From: Laetmonice hystrix
Lineage: Eukaryota
Length of the DNA stretch: 64,000 bases
Direction of reading: 5' to 3'
Assembly: GCA_965235115.1 (NCBI GenBank)
Contig: OZ249445.1
Location: 8,060,001 to 8,124,000, forward strand
This document shows positions 25,701 to 40,000 of this stretch, piece after piece; positions within the stretch are counted from its first letter, which is position 1, and each line of letters opens with the position of its first letter. The notes beneath the pieces were generated by a model. That model ran no database searches. It was not told where the DNA came from and saw only the letters and a program-made list of their open reading frames with translations. The position numbers were made by a program, and so were the translations under genes.

Positions 25701-28262
25701 GCCACACTTCTGGAAGGCCTCAATGGCATGCAGGACCCCAAGTACAGGACCCTAATCAAGGTTAGCATTCATTTAAAGTGAACCACAACTCTGGCACCAT
25801 TAAAGATACATTTTGTACATCACTCAGAGGATGAGAGAACCCCGTCAGCTTTTCAAATCGACATGAGCTTTTTATGACTTATTTTGCACATTAAGTTTTG
25901 CTATCATTAGATACTGGCTAACATCTTTTCCTCAGTCCAGATTACTGTTGTATCGAGTACAGACCACTCATTTTGTGAATCCACTTTGTTCGAGCAACCC
26001 AATTAAGAAATTCCATATTATGTTACTGGCACATTCACAAACCCTACCTTGTCATCAGTGGAACCTCGACCATAGAGCTTGCCATCCTTCTCTGTCAACT
26101 CAAAGGGTTCTGTGTCCCAGCCATCCGACTGGTAAGAGGAGAGAACAGTCACTCAGTCACAATCCTGCTCTATCATATAAATACACTGCACAGGGCAGAT
26201 CTGTATCCTATCTAGCTGTACAAATGCTTTGTGCTGTTTAAAATATGCATCCTTGCACTCATTTAAAAATACTGATAATGCTCCTGTGGTGTGGCTAAAG
26301 AAACATACAATGTAGAGCTCTTAATATGCAGAAGTCTGCTTTTAACAATTTTCCCTCCAAACAGGAGCTGGTATTTCTAGAAGACTGACCTTGTGGGCAG
26401 GTTGTACATCTAAGTGTCCATAGATGAGAACTGTGTTTTTCTTTGGATCATTGCCAAGCTGACTCAAAATGACTGGTGGAAGATCAAGCACTGTTCCATC
26501 AGGAAGTGTTTGTTTACCCACGTCAGCTAGCTCCACACAGGCTCCCAGTCCTTCGAGGAACTGAATAAATCACAAAGAACATATCCTATTACATCAGTAT
26601 TTGCTTTCCTTCAGGCTGGGGGGGGGGGGGGGCACACCAAGCCAGATCCCCCTATTTTCCAAACTCTTACCTATTTTCTATGTTTCAGGTGTAAAAATAA
26701 TGAAATTTCATTAAAAGATTTGGGAGAAATTTCTAATCTGTTCAGAAAACATGTCTCTGGCATTCCTGAACAAAAATTTCTTGGGGTCCTGAAAATGGCC
26801 CACTGATTATCCACCAAAAGATGCCCTTCCCTTTCCTGAAATCCTGGTTCTGCCACTGATAATCTTGATACCAATTTCCTCTAATCATGGATGAAAATAT
26901 GACAACAAAATTGTAACAAAATCTAAGTGGTAGTGTTGCTGACCTAGATGTGACCACTGACTGACCTTGGTTGTGTGTTTGACCTGACGTGTGACCTCTG
27001 AACGTTTATCTGGCCAGGCAGAAACACTCTGAATGGCAACCACCTCCTTCAAACGCTCAATGTAGAGCTTCTCATTGTCATCAATGTACCTGATTGTTGT
27101 CCAAATCAATGAGAACCAAAGAATAACGTTAAAAATATATGTAAAACATGCAACAAAGGCAAAAGGCATAATATACTAGTATTCGGTATTCTTATGGGCA
27201 TAAGGAAACCGAATACTACCGAATCCTGCAGTGGCAGATCCAGGGAGGGGGGAGGGGGCAGTGGGTGTACACCCTCTGCCCCAGGTGCCTTTTTCTCTCC
27301 CCCAAGTGCCCTTTTTTTATTTATATGAAAGATTTTAAAAATTTTAAAATGTCTAGGCCTATAGATCTAGGCCTATTATAGGCCTCAAGGCTGGTGTATA
27401 TAGCGTATTTGGCACTGTAATCTTTTTTTCTGGGGGAGGGCTCCCAGACCCCCCCCCCCCCATCATACAGGATCAATACTACCAAATACCAGGTCAATGA
27501 ATACTACTTCCTTTAAATTTTAAAAATCTTTCATATAAATAAAAAAAGGGCACTTGTGGGAGGGGGGTCCCCCCCCCCCCCCCCCCGGATCCGCCACTGC
27601 AGTATTTGGTAGTATTCCGTTTCCTTATGCCCGGATAACCATATGGTAGTATTCGGTAGTATTTGGTTTCCTTATGCGGTCTTGTGAGCACTGCATCATG
27701 TGATGAAGGTTGCCATCTCCTCATGAACTTGATACAGACAGGACTAAATTGCAAACACCATGCAGCGATAAACCATGGGAAAACGGCTGTTTTAACGCTG
27801 CCTATCATTTTCTTATCCGCTTTCCCATATGCAGCGTCACAATTTCAAACCCAACAAAAAAAACAGCAGACTCTGACAAGAAAAGCCAAACATCCATACA
27901 CTACTATTAACTTACTTATAAGTATAACTATATTCACACATCACTATACTCTCAATAATATCCAGTCCCCTCCCCCTGCCCCAAGAAAAAAAACTTAAAA
28001 AGAAAGGTATTACTGGGGTGGGGCGCGTGCACAGTAGTAGTACGGGGACCCTACGGTATTATATGTCATATGACTCTAAATCTAAACATGGGATGTGACA
28101 CTGATTACACATAACACAACAGTTGACGAACTTGATCTCTGCTCTGGCTCTGCCAACAATTGTACGCCCGGGGCCAGGCCCAAGTCCAAGTTAAAATCCG
28201 TAACAAAATGTTACAAAAGGTACATAAAAAGTATTTAAAACGTACTTGAAGATATCGTCCAT
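22713..28262 (-). CDS. CNDP2: Cytosolic non-specific dipeptidase (M20 family), isoform using proximal terminal cassette A
   Basis: Exons (minus strand): 28262-28246, 27089-26966, 26560-26390, 26128-26048, 25751-25677, 25411-25331, 25211-25138, 24858-24784, 24591-24347, 24145-23974, 23463-23378, 23090-22924, 22757-22713. Metal-binding motifs [32 protein letters not shown] and DDGAHSQNE are all present; ends [14 protein letters not shown]. Confidence 0.95.
27229..27601. mobile_element. MITE-like inverted-repeat element (CAGTGGC.GATCC termini) in CNDP2 intron, nested in another small palindromic repeat
   Basis: GCAGTGGCAGATCC...GGATCCGCCACTGC termini plus an internal inverted segment (GTGCCCTTTTTTTATTTATATGAAAGATTTTAAAAATTTTAAA and its reverse complement). 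Flanks carry inverted GCATAAGGAAAC/GAATACTACC motifs. No clean TSD. Confidence 0.6.
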
Positions 28263-28634
28263 GACTGTTTGTAATCTGCTGTAATGAGAAGACTGGATGT
28301 GAAGCTGTGCCCCGAGTGCAGCTACCGGTCGACCGACGCTCTTGCTACCGCTGGTCCAAAGACCGGGACTCACACACACCCCCACGAACCTTATCAGACG
28401 GGCCCCCAAGCGGCCTCGCGTCACCCAACGAGCACCTGCCACGAGACAATGCATGGTGGTATCAGAACAAGGGCAGAATTCCACCTCAATATGCTATTCT
28501 TCTTCTAATACAATAGGCCATTTCTTTCACATTACTCTATAGTGTCATCAAACCCAACATTTTATGGAAAGGCCGTGCCATTGCAGACATTTGAGTCTGA
28601 AATTATACTCATGTCATGATGAGAGGTACATTAC

Positions 28635-28752
28635 CCGTTACAACTTAGGTGTAATTGTGTCAATTTTCGCGCGTTTTGACGTCACTTCCTATGCTCATCC
28701 GGGACTTTGCAATCAATATGTCGGATCCACAAAAGTGACCATATTCGCTCAG
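28635..28752. promoter_or_regulatory. Putative bidirectional promoter between CNDP2 and PHRF1
   Basis: CRE palindrome TGACGTCA (28677-28684) overlapping an ETS-like CACTTCC. It is flanked by a minus-strand donor (CGG|GTAATG, 28635) and a plus-strand donor (CAG|GTAGGA, 28752), and the two genes diverge from this interval. Confidence 0.45.
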
Positions 28753-29386
28753 GTAGGAAATTTTGAGACAAAAATGTTTCAAAATACAAAGTAAAATAAA
28801 GATTTGGATTACCTATTCAGCTCCGATCATTGAGGATGCATACGAACCATACAAGGTAATGGGCTTTTGTTACCGCATTCTTTGTTGAGACTCGCACGAA
28901 GCCAAGCTTTTTGATGGATTTGTAGCACTAGCACAGTCGCTGCCCAAGACATCGCGTTGGCATGTGTCGAAACGGGGCTATTTTCCCCGTTGTTTGGTGG
29001 CTTAATTTACCTGTATGAATCATCAGACTTAATAGGTTGAAAAAATGCACACCGTTTTCGTAAGCTGAATAGTGAGTCAAGTGTTCGCCATCACAATTAC
29101 CGTTTGGTGCCCTCTAAGTCTAACGCCCCCTTGTCTAAGATACGCCGGCCACCGGGACACTGCCACTGCACGCCACGCGCTGGGCCTGGGGGATGGGCTG
29201 GCTCTTTCTTTTCGGCTTTCTCTCCTTCATCATTAAAAACAGTGCATAAGGCTACTGCAAGAACTGGCAGGTTTCGGCTGTGGCCATCATAATAATAAGG
29301 CGGCAATAAAATTAAAATGAGCTACATTATCCTATTTATAACCATGGCAACCAATTAACTGAGTTTGCCCGGCTTAGATTTATACA

Positions 29387-29626
29387 GTTAAGCGGGTGAT
29401 ACATGCTGTGACTTACGACTTTTTGTCACCGACAAAAAATCGTAAGTTGCAGCGTGTATCATCCGCTTAAATCTGGCACTGCTAGATTTCTTCCAACCCG
29501 ACGATTCGTCGCCGACGATTGTTGCACTAGGTATGATACACATCACGATTTATGACTGTCACGGCTGTTTTTAGCGCTAAAAACTGGGTCACGACGAAAA
29601 ATCATCTGTAGCGTGTAACCCGCTTG
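29387..29626. mobile_element. Small inverted-repeat (MITE-like) element
   Basis: TTAAGCGGGTGATACATGC at left, with inverted copies at ~29450-29471 and ~29610-29626. Confidence 0.45.
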
Positions 29627-29800
29627 ACAGAGGGAATCGTAGTGATACCTTTAAGTTTGGTACTGGGGTAATTGATTATGATATTCAGTCAACCTTGACC
29701 GTGTCTCATGCAGTTGTCTCCACATGAATTCTTTTATTCAGAATTATGCTTTTAGGGCCCATTAAAAATGATGTAATTTGGAATCATGCGCCCCCCCCCC

Positions 29801-29826
29801 ACACACACACACACACACACACACAC
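29801..29826. repeat. (CA)n microsatellite
   Basis: Direct reading. Confidence 0.95.
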
Positions 29827-29845
29827 CCATACCTACCAGTGTTCT

Positions 29846-30495
29846 CACCGGTCGGTCTCCCGTTCGATATGGCCCATGACCGATATGGCCCAGGCAGTTT
29901 GTCGATATAGTCCAGCCAGTTGGACGATATGGCCCATCCCCAGTCGATATGGTCCACTAGCTAGCCATGTTTCCTGAGAAGAGTGCACAGGACCTTGGAA
30001 TAATAAAATCTGTTATTAGTCCTTGCCGTGACAGCAGGTTAAGCACTGGGAGCCGGTGTGGCATAGGCTGGCGACCCGGCCAGGCAGGTGAACGTTATGA
30101 GGCAGTAGCAGTGGCCTACTGCTGGGATCGCCCTATCATACCAGGCCTAACAACATTGCCAGGCAGCATGAGGCTCGTGAGAACCCCTGTTACTAGTGTT
30201 AGTCTTTCGCCTCTACTCGAGCAGAGCCGGCAGGGGCAGAGGCCGGAGGGATGACCGGGTAAAGGGGCGAGAAGAACGGGTGGAGATGGGGTACTCCGGT
30301 AGGGTGGAAATGATAGATCTACCCACAAAAATATTATATCATGCTTAATGAATGTCTTACTTGGTTAGAAAGGTTGTTAGGGTTAGGCTCTGAATCGATT
30401 AATTGCACGAACATGTATACGTGGGCCATATCGACCAACCATCTGGGCCATATTGACCAGGTGGCCAAATTGACCAGAGGCCATATCGACTGGTG
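29846..30495. mobile_element. Non-autonomous DNA transposon with CAC...GTG ends and subterminal CGATATGGCCC repeats
   Basis: Termini CACCGGTCG / CGACTGGTG. Multiple CGATATGGCCC motifs at left and inverted GGGCCATATCG motifs at right. No exact TSD seen. Confidence 0.55.
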
Positions 30496-31010
30496 ATCTT
30501 CTTACCAGCCTTTTTCTGCATAGCGGGCCACTACGCTGTGTTTTTAAGCCACTACGCTGTCTTTGAGTTATTGAATTTTGTCTCCCCCCCCAGTCCAGTG
30601 CTCCATAATGCCATCCACTACGCCCTTTCCCATGTCATGTCTATGGAATACCAGGGCAAGAGCAATAAAATTAAGAAAAGTTTTTTTTCTGACACAACTG
30701 TACTGTAGTTTTAGTACCGTAATTGTGTGTTTAAAAATCATACTGATATTTTCAATGGTCAGTAATTATAAAACCTTATAAACAAGGTAGACTGGTGGGT
30801 AATGTAACAATCTTGCTCAAGTTGCTGTGTATCGGATCTAATGAGTACTTTATGTCACAGATAGCTAACCAAACATTAGCTGATTGGTTCAATGCCTGCT
30901 TCTAGACTGCAGCATCAAGGAGTTTTCATGAAATGATGTTGCCTTCCAGACATATGAGCAGACCAATCATAAAGTAACAAGGAGGCGATAACACTTGTAA
31001 GTTAATCACC

Positions 31011-34000
31011 ATGGAACCAGAGGAGGGATCTGGAGATGGCATGGAGCAGATCAAAGATGAGGTTGTAAATGATACAGAGGGAGAGAGTGAGAAGAGTAGT
31101 GGAGGAGAGGAAGACAGCAGTGAATACGATGAAGATAGTGAGGGCTCTGAAGAAGAAGACAATGAGGATGATGGCAGTGATGATGAAGAATCTGATGAAG
31201 AATCCGAGGAAGAAGAAGGTGATTTGTCTTGTTTTAAAGAGCCAGAGTCTGTAACAGTGTGCTACACTGTGGCCCTTAAAGATATGTACGTGAATAATAT
31301 ACATAGTAAGCCAGGGGGTAACACAGGGCTTTACAAATTAAACTGGTGGCCAGCAGAATCCCCATCTACAATGGCACCTGCACTGGCTACTTAGAATTCC
31401 AGGCATGGATTGCACACGAGGGTGACAAAAAGTGATGTTGCCTGCTATTTTAGCCTAATTCCTACATACTCGAAACAATTTGAAAGCCCTGGTGACACCA
31501 CCCCTTTTTGCAGCCAACCTATAGACAAACCCACCTTTTTGCCCCCGACATATGGAAACTATGCCTTCCCTCTTTTGAATATCCTGGATTTGTATACTCT
31601 ACCAAGTATGCATTGCAGACTTAGTTGAAAAAGGGGCATACACTTAGCACAGGTTGAGTGGTAAGGAGACATCTATATTTCAGTGAGCAATGCATTTCTG
31701 TAACAGACAGATGAGGTCAGAAGGACTTGTATAATGTATCATAGTGAATACATGAAGGATTGAGTGGTAAGGCGGTCCTAACAAAGACAATGATTGATTT
31801 TGTCATCAGGGGAAGGTGAAGATTGGGAAACATCTAGTGATACATCATCTGATGAGGATGAAGAAGAGGAAGATGTTCGGGCAGAAGGTCGTGACAGTAA
31901 GGAGAAGGTTGTGAAAATGAAATGCAGTGAGCCGTTGATTCTTCCAGAACCGAATGCCATCGGTGACCCCAGCGACAATGAAGCTGACTGTTGTCCAGTC
32001 TGCCTAAGTCATTTTGATGGTCAAGATGTAGGCAGTCCAGAAAGCTGTGATCATACGTTTTGCCTGGAATGTATTCTTGTGTGGTCAAAGGTAAATGTAC
32101 ATTTTTCAGAAAATTCGAATTTAAATTTGCGTCTAGGCCATGATACATCATGAATAATAGGATTCCAGATTTTTATCATGTAGGAACCTTACTGTATTGC
32201 AGACTTTATAAGCTAATTTATACCTCTGTATACCGGTCATAAGATCTCTATTATACTAAAAAAAAATGGTTAGATCGATAGGTTGTAAGGTAGTATATAC
32301 ATGTGCTATTTTTGGTTTCAGAATGTGAACACGTGTCCAGTTGACAGACAAGTGTTCAGGCTTATCTTAGCTCGACATGAATTGGAAGGGCCAGTCTTTA
32401 AAAAAGTAAGTGTTTTTAAGGTATACATGACAATGACACTTCCTGTGTATGCCAAATGAGACACTTTGTTTGGCACTGAAAAGCCTTGCACATGGCAGAT
32501 ATTTAGATCTTAGGTGGAGTTCCTTTTCTTTAAATTTAATCCACAACAGACAAATTGGCCAATAAGAGAATGAAACATTTGTCAGACATTGCAAATTTAC
32601 ATTGCATTGCTGGGTCGATTTAAACCTGCACAACTGATGTAGAATTCGTTGCTTAATTTCCATGCCTTGCAATGTGGTTTAACAAATTTAGATCAAGAAC
32701 TAGCTATGTTTCCTCCAAGGTAATTATCTCCTTTCAATGGATATTGTAAATAATATGTCTTGATGTATGATTGAGACTTGTCGGTAATACATCAGGTAAA
32801 AGTTGAAGACTGCCACCTACAAGTAGACATACCACCAGAGGAGGAGGACCACACCTGTTGTGAGGTGTGCGGACGGTCCGACCGAGAGGACAGGCTTCTT
32901 CTCTGTGATGGATGTGACCTAGCGTATGTTGACTCAGAATTTGTCTGCTGAAAAATTATTATGTTTTAAATTGTGCAGCATGGGGAAAAGTTTTTACACT
33001 TTTCAATCACTTTGCCCAAGTTATAACAAATCTTTTCACATAGTCTATGAAGAGAGGTTAAGGAACTAGTTTATTTCAATTTGAATCTCTTCTTATGAGA
33101 TTGAACATTTGTGTATGAGTACATCTGTACTATTTAGCAACACCTACAACTAGTTTGCCTGTCTATTTGATTGAAGAGATTATAACTGTTTTGACTTTGC
33201 AGATATCACTGTGAATGTCTGACTCCCCCACTCAGACGTGTTCCTGTAGGGGAATGGTTTTGCCCTGGATGTTCTGCAGTAGGAGGTAAGCCATATCAAC
33301 AAGTCCTCTCACTTTATTCCTGCATTGTATCACCTTACATTTAGTGACTTTAATGAGGCTCATTAATTGCAGCTTTAGGTATGTCAATTTTGTCTCAGCT
33401 CTACTTCTTTGAATAACCAGCATGAGATTAATGGGACTTGTGGTATTTTTCATCTATATTTTCAGTACAAGAAGCAGTTCAAGACGAAGTTTCTATTGAA
33501 GAAGAGGTTCAGCCTAGTAGAAGAAGAAGGTCATCACGAATTTCAAATGACCTTTCTGTGTACAGACGTCAAATAGCACGTACCCTGGTGTCTGAGCGTG
33601 TACGATCAGAGATTGCTGAAATGCGCTCTGTTCGTGGACGCAGGCGTATCATCAGTGATTCAGAATCTGAGGGAAGTCTTGTGATAGAGGTAAGATATAT
33701 ATGCAAATATATAAAATGGATAACATCAAGCTAGGTGTCAATTAAAGAATTCTCTGCTTTTATCATAAATTTGACATATTAGATGGCAGTTGTTGGCTCT
33801 GATTTTTTTTTTCAAGGACAACAAAGCAATAATGACAGCTTTCAACTTTGACCCAATTTGTTTTTACCAGGATGACACCACTCATCCAGAACCATCAACC
33901 TCTCAAGTCTCTGGGTCTACAGTGGCAGTACCACGGCCCAAGCGCAAATACAAACGAAGACGTAAAACCAGGCGCAGGGCAAAACGGAAAACCAAACGGA

Positions 34001-37000
34001 AGAAAACTCAGAAGAAGACATCAACAGGCGTTAAAACAAAAACCACAAGGAAAAGCACCAAACGGAAAACCAAAAAGAGGAGAAAAGGAAGGAAGAAAAA
34101 GAAGGTGTGCATCGTTGCCAGGTCTACATTGTAGGGAGAAGCTGTGAAGATGAATAGCTATTTAAATTTTTTTTAATTAACAGAAAACCCAGAAATTTTT
34201 GTTGACATATAGATTTTGTCTCTATTTTCCCATTGATAATATTGGTCACAATTCCAATTCACAGGTTAGAACAATACGGACAACACCCACCACGGTAAAA
34301 ACGCGACTGGCAGGAGTTCTTGGAATGAAGAAACCCCCAGTTGGACGATCACTTCCTCTTATAAAGCCGTCTAGGGAGATGACTATGGACACTCAACGTC
34401 AGGATATTGGTTTAGCTTCACTCTCCATTCTCGGCAACAGAGATGACCTTGATCCATTCATGTAAGTGTCTGATGCTTTTGCAAATTCCTAAGGAACCTG
34501 CTCATTTTATTATCATTTACATAGTGAATGTATATATGTGAGGGGATTGCAGTGGTTCACTGGTCTAATTTTCTGTCTTGATATGACCCTGCTGTTGTAC
34601 AAATCCCCAATCCAAGTCGAAATGTACCATATATGTGAATCATTTGTAGATGTACATATTTGTTAGAAAATTTTCTTTTTGCAACAGTTGTAGGTAGAAA
34701 CAACATTTGGACTTATCTTTCATTAAATTATTTTGGACTGATAGATTCAGGAAGAGGAGTTGATTTAGGAGATATTGATATTGCAGTGATGGCAGTGACG
34801 AGGAGATATCCTCCCCCTACACCACCGGGGGAAGCACCTTACTGGCACAGCGCAATACCAGTGTGTCACGGTTTTCGCATGCAGCGATAAAGTCTCGTGC
34901 TGCCATCTTACGACCTACCCGCGTAGCCAGGTCAGTTGTCATGCCATTCTTTTGTCCAGAATCTCAAGTCTCGCTTTCTCCATGAGATGGACTGGAACAT
35001 CAGGGCCCGTTTTTTTTAGTTGAGCTCGAGTCAAAGTGGAGACGAAATGTTCATCTCAAGCTTGAGACGAACATTTCGTCTCCACTTTGACTCGAGCTCA
35101 ACTAAAAAAACGGGCCCTGGTATTTAGATGGTAATCTTACTTTCTATCTTGTTGAGTAGATAGATTTGATTGCTTTTGTGGATTGTTGATTAAAATAGGG
35201 AAGTTGGCAAGATGTTGGGAGGTTTCAGTAGGTAACCAATAACATCTTTTGATATTTGGTAGGAGGGAAGCGAGTTCGCAGGCTGAGCGACAGTCAACAC
35301 CCTTCGATATCCTCGGCGACATCATGAAAGGTCAAAGCTTGCTGCATATGAAGAGTGACAGTATCACTATCCAGCGAGATGGTGAGTATTAATGAGTAAA
35401 TACCCTTTACTTAGTCTTATAAGCCTGGTAATGTTAGAGATTGAGAAAGAAATGCCATGGTCAGGGGACGATAGAACAAACCTGTGTTGTAGGTTTCTAC
35501 CATAGTACCTGTGATAACATTACATCATTCAGACCACAGCTGCATAAATACTAAGAGTAAATTTACTGTTGCAGGATCTTTACAGCCAAACTCTCAGACA
35601 GACTCTTCTCCTCTGACGGCCAAAGATCTACAAGGACAAGGTGGTCAGGGCCGTAGTTCTAGTTTAGGTGACACTGGAGGTACAAGCCCAAGTAATTCGC
35701 ACACATCTGGAGGTAGCAATGAAGCAGAAGAACAATCTGGGGGTAGCCCAGCCGGGGGAAGCAATAGCGGTGGTTCTCATCAACAGGGAGACAGTAGTTC
35801 CAGCAGTGGCCACCAGGGAGCAGATGGTTTCAGTGATGGCCCGGCAGAGGGCGTTGGAGAAGGTCCCATTGACATGGATGTTAATAGTGATAGTGACACA
35901 GGTTCCAATGCTCCCGCTGAGCAGCAGCAGCAGCCGGATTCTCAGGAAAAAAGATGTAAAGAGGAGGAGGATGCTGAAAACAGTGAGAGTGATGGTGACA
36001 GTGCCAAATGCACACCCCCAGTTGGGACTGGGAGTCCTGGTCGAGAGACCTGTCAAGACTCTGTCGGAAATGATCCTCATGAAGAATCAAACTCTGGGTC
36101 ACAAAAATATGACCCAGCAAGTCCAAGTGATTTTCAGGTAGTTGATGCGGTGGAAGGGGAGAAAGATTCTGTGAAGAGTGAGAATGAGTATGAATGTGAA
36201 AAAGAAAGTAAAGAGGAGAGGCCAGAATCAGGCAGAGCTGGAGAGCAGGAGGAGGAGGAACCTGGGGAGGAGGAGGAGGAATACGACCCATTTGCTCCAA
36301 CATCGGACAATGATGAGGCAGGCAAGGTGCTGAGGGAACACCAACCAGAAGCCATTGCCAGGGAGGATGAGGGGAGTTTAGAAGTGTCACCAGCAGAAGA
36401 ACCGGAGGAAGATCCTGACAACTCCGGGGGAGAGCAGGAGGAACAAGTGGCAGAAGAGGAGCAAGCCAGAAGAGGAGATACAGAGACTGAGCATATCTCA
36501 GAACACGGCAGTGAGTTCGATGGGGAAGCCCTGATGGAGGACGAGGAACTTGACTCAGATGAAGATGATGTTAAAATCGTCCCCATCTCTGAGCTACCTC
36601 GAATACCCAAAATCAAAAGGAAGGAGACAATAGAGGTGGATGAGGATCTTCCCAGTCGTAGTGTACTGGAGCGGGCAAACCTGCCTGAGAAACAGGACAC
36701 ATTTCCTCGTTGGGAAAAACGAGATCGAGAAAGGGCATACCGGGATCGGAGTGAACGAGATAGGGGTGACCGTGATGAAAAACCAAGTAAGCGCAGAGAA
36801 AAGGATGTGGAAAAGGAACACAAACGTAGTATTGATGATGAAGATAGTGATTCTTCACGCCATAGACACAGGCACAAACATCGCGAACGAGACCGGGATC
36901 GTGAACGTGACAGAGAACGAGAGCGTGAAAAGTATGACAGATATGCTGACTCAGGTAATGAAGAACAAGCTTCCTCACGACATAAACATAAAAAACGGAG

Positions 37001-40000
37001 CCGTTCACGGTCAAAAGAAAGACGTCGCGAACGGTCCCGTAGGTCCCGATCCCGGTCACATGAGAGATCACGGCGAAGAGGGCACGAGAGAGAGCGATCT
37101 CATTCAAGGAATGGTGCTAACGACAGTGAAAAATCACATAGAAAACAGAGTAGGGACTCTTCAGACAGAAAACACTCACGGAGACGGTCACGGTCTCGTA
37201 GTCCTCATTATCGTGATCGTGATCGTGATCACCGAGACAAAGAAGACCGTGATGGGAGTGGTGACCGTGGCAGTGGCAGAAGGTCCATTGCAGAGGACCT
37301 TAGGGGATCTGTTAAAATGTTCAGTCAATCTCTCAAAGAGGCATCTGACATGGAAAATACAGGCCGTAGGTTTAAACTAAAACGTAACTTCTACCAGGGT
37401 TCTGAAAACGTTGACCCAAGTAAAAAGTATCGATATGACGATTCTTGTGAGGGTCCAAGCTCTCATGACCGTAGGCCTGAAAGACCTGAAGTGAAAAGTG
37501 CTGTTGTAAAACCTGTGGCTGTGCAAGAGCTTTATGACAGTGATGACTCCAGCTGTGAAATCATTAAAGTTGAAATAAAAGGAGTTACAGTTAGTAAGGA
37601 TGAACTCTTGAAAAGGACAGACCGTTCCAAACAACCTGAACCGGTGGTGGTCAGCGGGGCAAGCACATGTAGTAGTAAACCTAGTGAAGCGCCTCCAGTC
37701 ACCGTGCCTGCACAAATCAAGCTTCCTCCAAAGACAGAAACGAAGGTTACATTCAAACTCCCTGACAAAAATAAATCTTCCACGACCCTTATTGCCAAGA
37801 ATAGGAATGTCATATTTGGCTCTGATGAAGACGAGGATTCAACATATGATCCGTTCGAGCCAACGGATCCAAGCAGTCCACCGAGAGACCATGACAGAAT
37901 ATCTGAGGAATCAGCCTCATCTCCAGAGCCGTCAGTGGACACACCACCTCTACCTGAGCCGGAGAAGGAGGAGCCAGAGGCAGAGTCGACCAAGGAGGAG
38001 AAAGTGGAGGAGCCAGAGGAGATGGAGGAGGAGGACGAAGAGGACGCGCCATCCCCTGAGATGGAGGAACCCATTGAGGAGCCCAAGCCTCAAACCCCTC
38101 CGCTTCCACCCGCCACTAGCACAGGGCCTGCTCCAAGACCTCCTTTGGTGCGACTGGTCGCTCCGCCAGACTGTCCTCCCCCTGCGCAGGGACAGAGGAT
38201 CCCCAGCCCAGGCAACATGGTAGTCCACCAAATGGGGCCCCTGGGCATGCTCCAGCCTGGTATGCCACCACCTCCTGGTGGCTGCCCTGTAATGATTAAC
38301 CCCATGTTAGTCAATGGGCCCCCTCCACCATATGGTCATATGCCTCAGTTCCCTCCAGGACGAATGTGGACACCCAATGTGATCCTGCGGGGGAGACTTC
38401 ATCCAGCCATGTCCCAGAATGGTGGACCAACGGAGCATATACGCCTAGACCAGCCACCGCCACCAATCCCCCACATGAGGCCTGGATTGCCGCCACCACC
38501 ACCTCCTCCCATATCTGAGGGCGTTGACCTTACCAGTCTTCCTCCCCCTCTGCCTCCAAAGGCTTTGGAGGAGATGGAGCAGATCTCCCAGCTTCTCAAT
38601 GCTCAGGCCAAGCTTGTGCAGCTCAACAAGCATGGTGCTCCTCCCCTGCCTCCAAACCCTGCTCCTAAAAAGGACACGGCCTTATTCAAAGTGCCTATGC
38701 CTCCGCCGCCGCTACCACCCCCCAACAAGGACAGTGCCAAGTCGGGATCGGACCTTGATGTGGAAGTCGTCGACATGGATGTGGCCTCGCCGCTCTCAGA
38801 CGATGACACCCTCATGTCCTTCTCACCACCTCCACTGGATGATGAGAAACCCACAAATGCCAGAGATAGTAAAAATTCGTATTCTAATGATAATGCCAAA
38901 GGTGCGTCAGATGTCGGTAAAGACGATGATGTGCCCACATCTGCAGTTGAACTCGATAAACGCCAGAAGGTGGGTGTCGAGAGACATTCTTGGAAGGTAG
39001 TGTATGCACCCCCATGCTTGGTTTTCTAACACTAAACACAAGAAACATGTCTTGGTTAATGCCAGTATTGTCTTACATTATCACCATTATCTCATGTATT
39101 GAGTTTTCAAGGAATGGCCTGATTATTTTCTCTGAGCCTTAAACTTGGGTGATTTCCATTTATGCAGAAGTAACTGGATATCATTTGTTTGCATGTTGAA
39201 CAGCTTTTGGTTTCTGTATTCTTTTGTTTATAATGTCAATTGTAAGGCACAAAATATTTGACAAACTATTAATAAGCACTACATGCTAACCATTTTCAGA
39301 CATGATAATCAACACAACGTGAATAGCAGTCATGGTTCTGAACTCATTGTTGGCATGACTTTTCATTTGTTGTATAAGTTGAGTTGCAAACTGCTACAAT
39401 TCTGTTGCAAATTGGTTATTTTGTACCTTGCAACGAAAGGGATACTAACTGTGCTACGCTTAATTCTCTTTACCAATAAGAAAAAGAAGAAAAGATTTCA
39501 CATGGCATATCGATACACAGATATGAAAGTGTGTGCTGAAGACTGGAATGATGTATCTAATCTTGCTCTGCTAAGGGCATGTGCTTAAGCTTTAGCTGAT
39601 GATCACTGCAAACTTTCTCTACTTAAACGTAATTCAATTTTTACAAAGGTCTTGTATTGTATGTATGAAGGTAAGAAGGAATGCTTGTTTGGAACTTCAA
39701 TTTTACTGTACATGGCAAAGTCTGAACGGAATTGAAACTCAGAAGTTATCAAACGGTATATCCTGAGTCTAATCCAAACTTGTTTTTTCTCCCGTATTGT
39801 ATGACTTATTTGGCATACACCGTTATGCTCGTTCTTTGGAATAATATGGTTATTTGCATTGCAGTTTATCAAGAAATTAAACCGTCAGGAACGTGTCGTG
39901 GAAGAGGTCAAGTTAGCCATCAAGCCACACTATTCTAAGGGCAAGATAGATAAAGACGAATACAAGGAAATCATGCGCAAAGCTGTCCCAAAGGTGACAC

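Noticed and set aside
28284-28542. Short ORFs with a CPEC motif upstream of CNDP2
   Set aside because: No complete zinc-finger spacing or supporting splice structure; probably intron 1 / regulatory DNA.
35664-39000. Antisense and alternate-frame ORFs over the large PHRF1 exon
   Set aside because: Shadow ORFs from repetitive E/R/S/P codons.
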